Below, piece after piece: positions 48,077-57,456 of a stretch of 64,000 bases of DNA. The first letter of the stretch is position 1, and each line of letters begins with the position of its first letter. The notes under the pieces were generated by a model. The model was given only the letters and a program-made list of their open reading frames with translations, had not been told where the DNA came from and did no database searches. Position numbers and translations under genes: made by a program. The DNA comes from an uncultured delta proteobacterium (GTDB lineage Bacteria; Myxococcota_A; Polyangia; Polyangiales; Polyangiaceae). The DNA is taken from contig CAWAIF010000003.1 in assembly GCA_963782055.1 (NCBI GenBank), positions 1,280,001 to 1,344,000 of the forward strand. The letters are read 5' to 3'.

Positions 48077-49570
48077 ATGCGCGCACACGCTCTCGGCTGC
48101 CTCGCCTTCCTGTGTTTCGCCGCCGGCTGCTCCGGCTCCAGCGACGACTGCCTCACGACCGGCACCTGCGACCCCGCGGCCGACGGCGGCGCCGGCGACG
48201 TGATGCCCGGCGACGCGGCCCCCGACGTGGTGGTGCCGGAGGGCTGCGACCTCACCAGGGACCTGGCCGACAGCCCCGCGTGCATCGACGAGGGCATCGG
48301 CGTCTTCGTGGACGCCGCCGGTGGGGACGACGCCGGCGATGGCACCAGGGCGCACCCCTTCAAGACCATCGGCCACGCCGTGGCGAGCGCCGGCTTCAAG
48401 CCGCGCATCTACGTGTGCGACGGCACCTACGCCGAGGACGTCAGCCTCGACGGGACGACCGGCGTCAGCCTCTACGGGGGCCTGAAGTGCGGCGACTGGT
48501 CCTATGACGGGCAGCAGCCCACCGTCGGCCAGGGCACCACCTCGCTGCGGATGAAGGGCGTGAGCAAGTCTGTGGTGATCGAGGACCTCTCCTTCGTCGC
48601 GTCCAACGCCACCACGGCCGGCGGATTGAGCATCGCCGCGCTGGTCACCGGGTGCGCGGGCGTCACCTTCCGTCGCGTGGCGTTCTCCGCGGGCACCGCG
48701 ATGGACGGCGCCGCAGGCACGTTGACGAGCAACTGGTCGCAGGTGGCGCAGTCCGACGCCAGCATCGCGGGCAAGAACGCGACCGGGACGTCGGGTGGGG
48801 GCGCGCACGCCTGCACCCTCTGCGCCGACGGCACCAACAGCACCGGCGGCGCGGGCGGCAGCGGCGGGCTCCTCACCGGGAGCGCCGGCAAGGACGGGGT
48901 GCCGAGCCTGGGTGGCAAGGCGCCCGACGACGGCACGGGCGGCGCCGCCGGGTGCAAGGCGGGTGACGACGGGGCGAGCGCGCAGGACCCCACGCGCGGC
49001 GCCGGCGCCTCCAGGCTGGGCGTACTGTCGAAGGACGGCTGGGCGCCCGGCGCGGGCGTCGCGGGCAAGAACGGCGGCCCCGGGCAGGGCGGTGGCGGCG
49101 GCGGCGGCACCGACTCGCTCAGCAGCGGTGGTGGCGGTGGCGGCGCCTGTGGTGGATGCGGCGGCGGCGGCGGCGGCCCCGGCGGCGGCGGCGGCGGGAG
49201 CATCGGCCTCGCCGTCTCTGCAAGCGACGTCACCCTCATCGCGTCGCGCCTCGCCGCGACGACGGCGGGCAAGGGCGGCGCGGGCGTCGCGGGGCAGGCC
49301 GGCCAGCCCGGCGGCTACGGCGGGGACGGCGCGTCCCCCGGTTGCAACGGCGGCAATGGCGGGACGGGTGGCGCCGGCGGCGCGGGTGGTGGCGGCGCGG
49401 GCGGCGTCTCGGTCGGAGTGCTCTACGCGGGGACGAAGCCCTCGCTGGACGACGCGACGCTGCAGGCGATCAGCGTCGCCGCCCTCGGCGGTAGCAAGGG
49501 CGTGGGCGGCGCGCCCGGCCTGGACGACGGCACGCCCGGCGTCGCGCAGCCGGTGGTGGAGCTCAAGTAG
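48077..49570 (+). CDS. Gly-rich (PGRS-like) lipoprotein with DUF1565-like motif (paralogue 2)
   Basis: AAGGAG RBS; AAGC lipobox; collinear with paralogue 1 (CDLTxDLADSPACID, HPFKTI, NGGPGQGGGGG, GVAQPV). Confidence 0.8.
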   Translation: MRAHALGCLAFLCFAAGCSGSSDDCLTTGTCDPAADGGAGDVMPGDAAPDVVVPEGCDLTRDLADSPACIDEGIGVFVDAAGGDDAGDGTRAHPFKTIGHAVASAGFKPRIYVCDGTYAEDVSLDGTTGVSLYGGLKCGDWSYDGQQPTVGQGTTSLRMKGVSKSVVIEDLSFVASNATTAGGLSIAALVTGCAGVTFRRVAFSAGTAMDGAAGTLTSNWSQVAQSDASIAGKNATGTSGGGAHACTLCADGTNSTGGAGGSGGLLTGSAGKDGVPSLGGKAPDDGTGGAAGCKAGDDGASAQDPTRGAGASRLGVLSKDGWAPGAGVAGKNGGPGQGGGGGGGTDSLSSGGGGGGACGGCGGGGGGPGGGGGGSIGLAVSASDVTLIASRLAATTAGKGGAGVAGQAGQPGGYGGDGASPGCNGGNGGTGGAGGAGGGGAGGVSVGVLYAGTKPSLDDATLQAISVAALGGSKGVGGAPGLDDGTPGVAQPVVELK

Positions 49571-49588
49571 CCGCGCGCGTCGGATCGC

Positions 49589-50092
49589 TCACTTGCAGCC
49601 CTGCACCCGCGTGCCCGCGTCGGCGCCGGTGCAGGCGATGGTGCCGGTGCACTGCACGAACGCCCCGGTCTCGCCGCAGCCGGGATCGATGACGAAGCCC
49701 ATCGCCGAGCCGCAGTTGGTGGAGATCTGCGAGCAGCTGACCGCCGGGTACTCCTTGTCCACCGTCCCGTCGCAGTTCCAGTCTCCGAGCAGCGCAGCGT
49801 CGGGCACGTCGTGAACGAAGCCGGCGCCGGGATGGATGCGCGCGTCGTTGTCGTTGCAGTCGTCGCCGCCGCACGCCTGGGTGTTCGCGCGGTGGCCGTC
49901 CTGGTCCCGGTCGCACGGGTCCGGTCCCCCATCTCCGGCGTCTCCGCCGCCCGCCTCCGGCGTCGGGCCGCCATCGGCCGCGGCGTCGCTCACGCCGGCG
50001 TCGTCGCCCGCGTCACCGTCGAAGCGTACGTCCGGAAACGTGCAGTATACAAGCAAGGGTGTCAGCGTCAGGAGAAGGCAGAGGCGTCGCAT
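49589..50092 (-). CDS. Cys/Asp-rich lipoprotein with MopE-like putative metal-binding motif
   Basis: LVYC lipobox-like; DRDQDGH...DCNDNDARIHPGA...DWNCDGTVD; TGATG coupling to upstream gene. Confidence 0.75.
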   Translation of the reverse strand: MRRLCLLLTLTPLLVYCTFPDVRFDGDAGDDAGVSDAAADGGPTPEAGGGDAGDGGPDPCDRDQDGHRANTQACGGDDCNDNDARIHPGAGFVHDVPDAALLGDWNCDGTVDKEYPAVSCSQISTNCGSAMGFVIDPGCGETGAFVQCTGTIACTGADAGTRVQGCK

Positions 50093-51084
50093 CAGAAGCT
50101 CCACGCGGCGGAGACGCCCCCCAGCCCCACCGAGACGGCGGCGCGCGGCGAGGCGGACGCCGGCGCGGTCAAGAGGAGGACGACGCCGGCGGCCGTCGCC
50201 ACGCCGCCGGTGATGGCGAGCACGGTGACCAGGGCGCTCGCGACGTTGCCGCGATCGACCACGCCGCGCAACGAGTCCGGGCACGAGGCGGTGGCGTAGC
50301 CCGGGCAGGCGTCCTGAAGCTGACCGAGCGCGTCCTGGCGGACGCCGAGGCTCACCCCCATGCCGACCAGTGAGGCCGCGCCGAGGCCCACCGCCGTCCA
50401 CCCGAGGGCCCTGCGCGCTCCGCCGCCCCTGTGGGGCGCCGGCGTGACGTCCGGCTGGCGGACGTGAAGCGGTGCGCGCGCCGCGGGGAGCACCAGGCGC
50501 ACGTGCTTGTCGTCGCCGGCGGCGAGCGTGACCGTCGCCTCCGCGCGGAGGTCCGGCGGGAGCTCCGCCCGCGCCACGTACGAGCCCGGATCGCGCTCCA
50601 GCGCGGTGCCGTAGAGGACGGGAGCGACCTCCTCGCCGGCGAGGGTGACCTTGACCGCGGCGTCGTGGATCGGGTGGCCCGCGGTGTCGACGACGTCCAG
50701 CGTCACGCGCGCCACCCTGGGCGCGAGCGCGTCGGCGTCGCCGCGCGCCTCTGCTTCCCACCCGGCGTACCTGGCCTCGTGCGAGAGCATCGCCGCGCGC
50801 GACAGGTCCAGCCATGCGCGTCGCGCCGACGCCCAGTGACCGAGCGCCTGCTCGCACTCGGCGATGTTGCGCAGGCTGCCCAGGCCTTGCGGGTAGAGGG
50901 CGTACGCCTTGCGAAAGAGCGCGACGGCCTGATCGCACCGGCCGCTCGACCGCAGCTCGTGGCCGCGCTCGAAGAGGTCCTTCGCGTCGGACGCCGGGTC
51001 GGCGCGGGCAGGGGTCGCCGCGCTCACCAGGCCCGCCACCGCCGCGACCATCAGGGCAACTCGCACGCGGCGCATGCCATCCAT
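50092..51084 (-). CDS. TPR/PEGA-like domain membrane protein
   Basis: Signal peptide, TPR helices (AKDLFERG...AVALFRKAY...NIAEC), DPGSYV PEGA-like strand, two C-terminal TM segments, aromatic end. Confidence 0.8.
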   Translation of the reverse strand: MDGMRRVRVALMVAAVAGLVSAATPARADPASDAKDLFERGHELRSSGRCDQAVALFRKAYALYPQGLGSLRNIAECEQALGHWASARRAWLDLSRAAMLSHEARYAGWEAEARGDADALAPRVARVTLDVVDTAGHPIHDAAVKVTLAGEEVAPVLYGTALERDPGSYVARAELPPDLRAEATVTLAAGDDKHVRLVLPAARAPLHVRQPDVTPAPHRGGGARRALGWTAVGLGAASLVGMGVSLGVRQDALGQLQDACPGYATASCPDSLRGVVDRGNVASALVTVLAITGGVATAAGVVLLLTAPASASPRAAVSVGLGGVSAAWSF

Positions 51085-51115
51085 TCTAGTTAGACGGGTA
51101 CGTATAGTCGAGGCG

Positions 51116-52546
51116 TCAGAAGACGTTGCTCTTGTCGATCGTGTCTCCGGGCGCGGGGACGGCGCTGGAGGCGGCGGTGGGGGCGGCGGCGGCGTGGGGC
51201 GCGCTCGCGCCGGGTGGCGGGGCGGGGCGGTTGCGAGGCGGCGGGGCCGTCGTCCCCCTTGCGGGCGGCAGGTCCTGCGGTCGCAGCGAGGGGACGGCGG
51301 AGGCGGCGGGGTGCGGGGGCGGCGGCGCGGTCCGAGCCTGCGTCGGCGTGGTCGTCTCCGCCGCGGACGGAGCGGCCGCGGACGGAGCGGTCGCGGACGG
51401 AGGGGTTGTGGGTGGCGCGGCGGGCTGGTCTCCCATCGCGTGGACCCCGAAGGCTCCGACCGCGATCAGCACCAGCACCGCCGCGACCCCGAGGAGCACC
51501 CCGGTGCTCGGCGAGCGCAGCGGCACGCTCGGCGCCCCGGTGTCTTCGCGCGGCGCTGGCGCCGCCTGAGGCTCCGGCGCCTGCGTCACCGCCGGCTCGC
51601 CCGCGGTCGCTTGCCCCGGCCCGGTGACCGGCGGCGGCGCGACGGACACGCGGACCCGCGGCACCTCCGCCGGCGGCGCGATCGCCGCGAAGGCGCGCGC
51701 CAGCTCCTGGGCGCTGCCGAAGCGCTCGTCGATGGACCGCGCGAAGGCGCGCGCAAAGAAGGCGTCGAACGCGTCACCCAGCTCGGGGGCGTGCTCGCCG
51801 AGCGGTGCGGCCCTGTGGTTGACCACCCGCAGGATGGTGTCCTCCTGGGTCGGGCCGGCGAAGGGCGGCACGCCGGCGAGCATCTCGTAGGCCACCACCG
51901 CGAGCGACCACACGTCGGCGCGCGCGTCGAGCGGCTGCGCGAGCGCCTGCTCCGGGCTCATGTAGCTCGGGCTGCCGAGCACGAGTCCCTTGGCGGTGAG
52001 GCGGGAGGAGACCCGCGGCACCGAGCCGCGCACGTCACGGATCCCCGCGATGCCGAAATCCAGGATCTTGACGAGCAGGTGGCCCTCCTCGTCCTGCGCA
52101 AGAAAGACGTTACCCGGCTTGAGGTCACGGTGAAGCACGCCCTCCGCGTGAGCCACACCGAGCCCCCGCGCGATCTGCCCGACGACGGCGCTCGTCGTCG
52201 GGGGATCGAGGTGCCCCAGCGTGTCCAGGCATCCGTCGAGCGAGGAGCCCTGGAGCAGATCCATCACCAGGTAGACCATGCCGCGGTCCTCGCCGTGGTC
52301 GGTCACCTGCACGATATTGCGGCTCTTTCGCGAGAGCGACGCGGCCACCTGGGCCTCCAGCAGAAAGCGCCGGCGCGTGACGCGCGCGTCCTCGTGGCTG
52401 TCGCGCGGAGGCAAGAGCAGCTTGAGGGCCACGTCCTGCGCGAGCGATCGGTGCCGCGCGATCCACACCTGGCCCATCCCGCCTTCTCCGAGAAGGCGCC
52501 TGAGCTCGTACTTCCGGTCCACGATCTGGCCGACGTCGATCTCCAT
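51116..52546 (-). CDS. Hanks-type Ser/Thr protein kinase with TM and Pro-rich tail
   Basis: LGEGGMG, VALK, HRDLKPGN, DFG, GSPSYMSPEQ, DVWS. Confidence 0.95.
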   Translation of the reverse strand: MEIDVGQIVDRKYELRRLLGEGGMGQVWIARHRSLAQDVALKLLLPPRDSHEDARVTRRRFLLEAQVAASLSRKSRNIVQVTDHGEDRGMVYLVMDLLQGSSLDGCLDTLGHLDPPTTSAVVGQIARGLGVAHAEGVLHRDLKPGNVFLAQDEEGHLLVKILDFGIAGIRDVRGSVPRVSSRLTAKGLVLGSPSYMSPEQALAQPLDARADVWSLAVVAYEMLAGVPPFAGPTQEDTILRVVNHRAAPLGEHAPELGDAFDAFFARAFARSIDERFGSAQELARAFAAIAPPAEVPRVRVSVAPPPVTGPGQATAGEPAVTQAPEPQAAPAPREDTGAPSVPLRSPSTGVLLGVAAVLVLIAVGAFGVHAMGDQPAAPPTTPPSATAPSAAAPSAAETTTPTQARTAPPPPHPAASAVPSLRPQDLPPARGTTAPPPRNRPAPPPGASAPHAAAAPTAASSAVPAPGDTIDKSNVF

Positions 52547-52599
52547 CAGACCCGTTCAAGAGTACTCGCCCCGTGGCCGGGTTCTGCTATTCTTGTCAC

Positions 52600-52914
52600 G
52601 TGGCCGAGCGTACGGGACGCAGACTCAAGACCGAGGCCGGCTGGAGTGGCGACGCCAACGACGCGCAGGCCTTCGCGGCGAGCGTCGGCGAGCGCATCCG
52701 CGTCGCGCGGCAGAAGCTGGGGTGGACGCAGGTCGAGCTGGCGGAGGCCGCTTCCCTCTCGAGCAACTACGTCGCCCGGCTGGAGCGTGGCGAGCTCGGG
52801 CCCTCCCTCATGGTGGCCTGTCGCATCGCCGAGGCGCTCGGGATCGGGGTGGATTCGCTGGTGAGCGCGGCGTCGTCGGCCTCGCGCAGCACGCGCCGCC
52901 GCGTCGCCACCTGA
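52600..52914 (+). CDS. XRE-family helix-turn-helix transcriptional regulator
   Basis: IRVARQKLGWTQVELAEAASLSSNYVARLERG...IAEALG. Confidence 0.9.
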   Translation: MAERTGRRLKTEAGWSGDANDAQAFAASVGERIRVARQKLGWTQVELAEAASLSSNYVARLERGELGPSLMVACRIAEALGIGVDSLVSAASSASRSTRRRVAT

Positions 52915-52965
52915 GAGGTCCGACGCCCGCGGGGGGCGCTGGGAGCGGGCGAACCGTGAGCGAGG

Positions 52966-53688
52966 CTACTGCTGCGCAGCGGTGCGCACGGCGCGCACGA
53001 CGATGTCGGCGACCATGTTGTCGTACAGAAGCGTGTTGTGCCCGCGCTGCGGCAGGACCACCCGCCTGCCCTCGGGGAAGGCGAGCGCCGCCTCCTGCGA
53101 GACGAGCGTGTCGCTCGCGCCGGCGACCGAGAGGTGCGGCACGCCGTGGACCTGGGCGCGCGCGCGTAGCCGCCGGAGCAGGGGGCTGCCAGGGCGCAGG
53201 TCGCGGCCCACGAGGATGGGGAAGCGGTTCGCCAGCGGGGTGCCGCCGAAGGGCGAGGCGAGGGAGATCGTCTGCGCGACGCGGGCGTGCCCGCCGAGCT
53301 CCTGCACGTACCATCGCGCGACGAGGCCGCCCAGGCTGTGCCCGACGACGTGCACGCGCGCGCGCGGAGGCAGCCGGTCCACCAGCGCGGCGAGCGCCCC
53401 GGCGATGGACTTCACGCCGGCGCCCGGCGCGTGCGTGAAGGACGCCACGTGGGCGCCGGCCTCCCGCTCGATGCGCGCGCGCAGCGGGCGGAAGACGCCG
53501 GCGCTCGCGAGGAAGCCGTGGACCAGCACCACGATGTCGTCCTCGTCGGAGGCGTCCGGCAGGACGGGGGCGATGTCCCGGGCCATGAGCGCGACCTCCC
53601 GCAGGGTCGCCACGGCCTCGTGGGCGCGGGCGCGCAGGGTGAGCATGGGGGCCACCGGGGGGGGCGGCGGCGACGGCATGGCCGACAT
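52966..53688 (-). CDS. Alpha/beta-hydrolase (lipase/esterase)
   Basis: VLVHGF oxyanion motif, GHSLGG nucleophile elbow, SDTLV, GHN. Confidence 0.88.
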   Translation of the reverse strand: MSAMPSPPPPPVAPMLTLRARAHEAVATLREVALMARDIAPVLPDASDEDDIVVLVHGFLASAGVFRPLRARIEREAGAHVASFTHAPGAGVKSIAGALAALVDRLPPRARVHVVGHSLGGLVARWYVQELGGHARVAQTISLASPFGGTPLANRFPILVGRDLRPGSPLLRRLRARAQVHGVPHLSVAGASDTLVSQEAALAFPEGRRVVLPQRGHNTLLYDNMVADIVVRAVRTAAQQ

Positions 53689-53736
53689 CGGCTCCCATCA
53701 ATGCACATTCCGTGCATGACCGGCCAGCTTTTGGCT

Positions 53737-54195
53737 ATGACGGTGTCCGTGGAAAGCTCCAGCACCTACGCGCATCGCCTGACCGTCGGAGACGCCGACA
53801 TCGACGAGCTCGGCCATGCGAGCAACATCGCGTATATCCGCTGGCTTCAGGACTCTGCCGTGGCCCACTCGAGCGCCGTAGGGCTGGGCTGGGAGGCCTA
53901 TGCCCGGCTGGGCGGGGTGTTCGTCGTGCGCCGCCAGGAAGTGGATTATCTGCGTTCGGCGCTACGCGGTGACGCGGTGGAGGTGCGTACGCGCATCTCC
54001 AGCTTCATGGCCGCAAAATGCGAGCGCGTGTCGGAGATCGTGCGCAAGGCGGACGAGGAGGTGCTCCTCCGGGCGCTCACCACCTGGGGCTACGTGGACG
54101 CGTCGCTGGGGCGGCCGTCCCGCATCCCCGACGAGGTGCTCACCGCGTTCGGCTTCCCGCCGCGCCGCCGCCGCGCGCTCGCCGCCAACCCTTGA
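53737..54195 (+). CDS. Acyl-CoA thioesterase (4HBT family)
   Basis: DIDELGHASNIAYIRW, EVDYLRSA, GRPSRIP. Confidence 0.88.
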   Translation: MTVSVESSSTYAHRLTVGDADIDELGHASNIAYIRWLQDSAVAHSSAVGLGWEAYARLGGVFVVRRQEVDYLRSALRGDAVEVRTRISSFMAAKCERVSEIVRKADEEVLLRALTTWGYVDASLGRPSRIPDEVLTAFGFPPRRRRALAANP

Positions 54196-54199
54196 CCCA

Positions 54200-56224
54200 T
54201 CAGCGATGTGCGCTCGGCGCAGCGCCGAGCAGCCACACGTGGAAGTCGCGCAGCGCGCCGCGGCGCGCGGTGATGGTGACCGCGTCGCCCGCGCGGATCT
54301 CGCCCAGCCACGCCGACGCGTAGAGCCAGGCGCCGGGCGCCGCGCCGGCGTGCAGGTCCGCCGTCGCGCGGGGCGTCGTCACGCGCGCGTCCACCGGCGC
54401 GTCGCTGCGCAGCACGAGACGCGCCTGCGGCGCCGCCGCGCGCAGCACGAAGCGCTCGGCCTGCCCCTCCGGGATGATGCGGCCGCCGTCGAACATGGGC
54501 GCGCCCGCGCGCGTCGGGAGGACCATGAGCACCGTCCAGCCGCCCAGCGGCGCCGGCGAGGCGTAGGCGTGCTCCGCCTCGCTCGTCACGTCCGCCACGT
54601 CCAGCGCGTCCAGCACGCGGCCGGGCGGCGGATCGCGCGCGTCGAGCGCGGACCAGTCAGCCCGGTAGATGACCTTGGTGGGGCCGCCGCAGATGACGTT
54701 GGGGTGGATGGTGACGCGGTCCACCTCGCGGCCGAAGCTGGCGGTCAGCGCGCCGAACCAGTTGGGGTAGAGCGCCAGCCACGCCGGCCGCTCCCCCGGC
54801 GGCAGCCGCTGCAGGAGCTCGGCGGTGGAGCCCTGGCCGCTCACCGCCGCGCGGGTGAAGGGCAGGCGGTGGAAGCCGCCCAGTCCGAGCGCGTCCATCG
54901 CCCCGCGGCCGGCGACGTAGGGGATGGCGCCGGCGTCGTTGACGAGCACGCGATCGCCGGGCGCCATGACGCGCGCCAGGCGACGCCCCACCTCCACCTG
55001 CTGATCGTGGACGTTCAGGGAGGCGGCGCGGAAGAAGTCCACCTGCGGACGCGCGCGCCACGCCGCGCCGGCGGGCAGCGCGAAGGCGAGCAGCGCGGCC
55101 AGCGGCGCGGGCAGCACGCGCGCGAGCGCCGCCACACCGAGGGCCGCGGCGACGAACAGCAGCGCCACGGCTGGCACGTAGTAGCGGAAGTTCTGGTACC
55201 GGGCGGCGCCGTTGGCGGAGACGAGCAGCGCCCAGAGCACCGCCGACACGAGCACCGCCGCGGCGATCGCGCGGGTGCGGCGCGGCGCGAGGCCCGCGGC
55301 GCAGAGCAGGCCGAAGGGCAGGGCGAGGCGCGGCGAGGGGAGGACGCTCGCCTCCATCACCTTCCACTCGAAGTGGAGCAGGTTCATGCCCAGCTCGCGC
55401 GCGCGGTCCAGGTCGGAGAGGTACGGGTTGCTGGCGAGCAGCTTGAGGCGCGCGCCGGCGCTCTCCGGGTCGCCGGTGAGCGCCCAGTTGAGCGCGAGCA
55501 CCGCGAGCGTGGCGATGGCCCCCGGGAGGGCCGCGCGTAGCAGCGACCCGACCGCGCCGAGGGAGCCCGCCCCGCGTGCCACGATCACGGCAAAAGGTGC
55601 CACGATGACCGCCGCCTCCGGCCGCGTCCAGACCAGCGCCGCGCCCCACAGCCCGAGCGCGAGCTGGGCGCGGGCGCGGGCGGTCGGCGGCGCCCGCAGC
55701 GCCCGGTCCAGGGCGAGCGTCGCGCGCAGCAGCAGCGCGGTGAAGAAGGCGAGCTCCATCCCGGAGAACCAGCTCCAGTCCACGACGCCCGCCGAGACGA
55801 AGAGCGCGGCCCCCGCCCACGCGACGAAGGGGGGCTCCCGCGCGAGCAGCGCACGCAGGGAGCGCAGCGCGTCCCAGAGCGAGACGCACGCCACCAGCGC
55901 CGTCCACACGCCGAGGCTCAGGCCGTGGAACCCGAGCGCGTAGCCGAGCGCGACGACGACGGCGTAGAGCGGCGCCGTCTCCCCGGAGCAGTAGCCCTGC
56001 CCGGCCACCCACTCGAAGGGGTGACCGTGGACGAGCGCGCGGGCGAAGTCGAAGTGGATGAAGACGTCGTCCAGCGGGACCGGCCAGTCGCCGCGGGTGG
56101 CGCGCAGGGCCGGCACGTAGAACGCCGCGGCGGAGGCGAGGACGAGCGCCGCGGCGTAGGCGTCGAAGGCGACGTGGCGATTGTGCCCGCCGCGCGCCGT
56201 GCTTAGGTTGCTCCATCCCGACAT
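54200..56224 (-). CDS. GT-C-fold membrane glycosyltransferase-like protein (paralogue B)
   Basis: LDDVFIHFDFAR, GHPFEWVAG, SGME, TRPE, DAGAIPY, DALGLGG, NVICGG shared with 23673-25928; start uncertain. Confidence 0.72.
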   Translation of the reverse strand: MSGWSNLSTARGGHNRHVAFDAYAAALVLASAAAFYVPALRATRGDWPVPLDDVFIHFDFARALVHGHPFEWVAGQGYCSGETAPLYAVVVALGYALGFHGLSLGVWTALVACVSLWDALRSLRALLAREPPFVAWAGAALFVSAGVVDWSWFSGMELAFFTALLLRATLALDRALRAPPTARARAQLALGLWGAALVWTRPEAAVIVAPFAVIVARGAGSLGAVGSLLRAALPGAIATLAVLALNWALTGDPESAGARLKLLASNPYLSDLDRARELGMNLLHFEWKVMEASVLPSPRLALPFGLLCAAGLAPRRTRAIAAAVLVSAVLWALLVSANGAARYQNFRYYVPAVALLFVAAALGVAALARVLPAPLAALLAFALPAGAAWRARPQVDFFRAASLNVHDQQVEVGRRLARVMAPGDRVLVNDAGAIPYVAGRGAMDALGLGGFHRLPFTRAAVSGQGSTAELLQRLPPGERPAWLALYPNWFGALTASFGREVDRVTIHPNVICGGPTKVIYRADWSALDARDPPPGRVLDALDVADVTSEAEHAYASPAPLGGWTVLMVLPTRAGAPMFDGGRIIPEGQAERFVLRAAAPQARLVLRSDAPVDARVTTPRATADLHAGAAPGAWLYASAWLGEIRAGDAVTITARRGALRDFHVWLLGAAPSAHR

Positions 56225-56741
56225 GCCCACCACGCCCATCTCGCTACAGCGCCCCGAAGACGCCGCCGATCACGCCTACTGGGACGCCGTGGAAGAGGCA
56301 ACCGAGCTGTTGCACGAGGAGCACTTCCACGAGGCGCTGCACCTGCTGCGCGACGTCATCGAGGCGGACCGCGCCAACCCCTACGCTTACTACTTCCTGG
56401 GCGTCGGCCTGTACGAGGTCGGGGAGCTCGGGCCGGCGCGCGACGCTTACCGCGCGTGCCTGCGGCTCGCGCCCGCGCACCTGGGCGCGCGGGTGGCGCT
56501 GTGCCATGTCCTGCGGGAGCTGGGGGACACGCGGGAGGCGGTGAAGGAGGGCACGCAGGCGCTCAGCCAGGCCCCCGGGGACGCCGACGCCCTCTACGCC
56601 GTGGGCATGGCGTACCTCGCCCGGGGAGAGGGCGCGGCCGCCAAGAAATACCTGCAGGCGTTCCTCTCCGCGCGGCCCGAGTTCGAGTCGGCGGTGGAGG
56701 TGCAGGCCGTCCTGGCAAAGCTGGCGGAAGAGGGGGTCTGA
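56223..56741 (+). CDS. Tetratricopeptide repeat protein
   Basis: Repeats AYYFLGVGLY...A...Y...L.LAP and ALYAVGMAYL. Confidence 0.85.
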   Translation: MPTTPISLQRPEDAADHAYWDAVEEATELLHEEHFHEALHLLRDVIEADRANPYAYYFLGVGLYEVGELGPARDAYRACLRLAPAHLGARVALCHVLRELGDTREAVKEGTQALSQAPGDADALYAVGMAYLARGEGAAAKKYLQAFLSARPEFESAVEVQAVLAKLAEEGV

Positions 56742-56750
56742 GTCGCCGGG

Positions 56751-57383
56751 CTACTGGGTGCCCTGGTCGCAGTTCTCGAAGCGGAACTCCGCCGTCGCCT
56801 GGCAGCTCTTGGTGCTCTGGTTCGCGTCGTTCTTGTTCGGCGCGTTGGGGCAGAAGACGCTCGCCCACACGCGGCCGGGGGCGATGCCGGCGTTGGTGAT
56901 GGGCGTGCCGTCCAGCGTCGCGTTGTCCACGTCGGTGTACATGGCGTAGCAGTCGTTCTCGTCCAGGGTGATGGTCTCGTCCTGGAAGATGGCGCGGATG
57001 TTCTCGCTGCGGGCCTTCGGGTTGTTCGGGTCCAGCGCGGCGAAGCTGCCGATGATGGTGATGGTGCCCTTGTTGGCGCCGCCGCTGACCGTGGCGCGGG
57101 CGGACACGTCGAAGTTCGCCCCGTTCGGCTTGACGGAGCACTCCACCACCACGCCCGCGGTCCCTGTGTCCACCACGCCGGTGCTGGGGTCGCCGATCGT
57201 GAGGAAGGGGCCCGCACGGTTGCACGCGCCGGGCGCGGAGGGGCTCGTCTGGACGGTGGAGCTCAGGGCGACGCCCTTCGCGGGCGGAGGGTCGCCGCTG
57301 CAGGCGACGAGCAAGACTCCACCGGCGGCGGCGGCGAGGACCACCAGCGACTTCAACGGCTTGACCATCGGCACGCGATTCAT
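56751..57383 (-). CDS. Hypothetical lipoprotein
   Basis: GGAGGAG RBS; LVAC lipobox; conserved-looking GRVWASVFCP and FRFENC. Confidence 0.72.
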   Translation of the reverse strand: MNRVPMVKPLKSLVVLAAAAGGVLLVACSGDPPPAKGVALSSTVQTSPSAPGACNRAGPFLTIGDPSTGVVDTGTAGVVVECSVKPNGANFDVSARATVSGGANKGTITIIGSFAALDPNNPKARSENIRAIFQDETITLDENDCYAMYTDVDNATLDGTPITNAGIAPGRVWASVFCPNAPNKNDANQSTKSCQATAEFRFENCDQGTQ

Positions 57384-57456
57384 CGTCTCCTCCACTCGAA
57401 AAAGGGAAGCGTATCCGTGAGAATAGCGCGCCGGGCGCGCCAGGGCGAACAATGCG

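Noticed and set aside
46380..49570. True mycobacterial PE-PGRS / type VII substrates
   Set aside because: No PE domain; these have Sec lipoprotein signals and only share glycine-rich low complexity
53722..53735. GG-N10-GC sigma54-like element before the thioesterase
   Set aside because: Poor -24 context and it directly abuts the start codon
56223..56741. TPR protein as the SycD/LcrH chaperone of the translocon cassette
   Set aside because: It is about 38 kb away in unrelated context and TPR proteins are abundant in these genomes; no positive evidence
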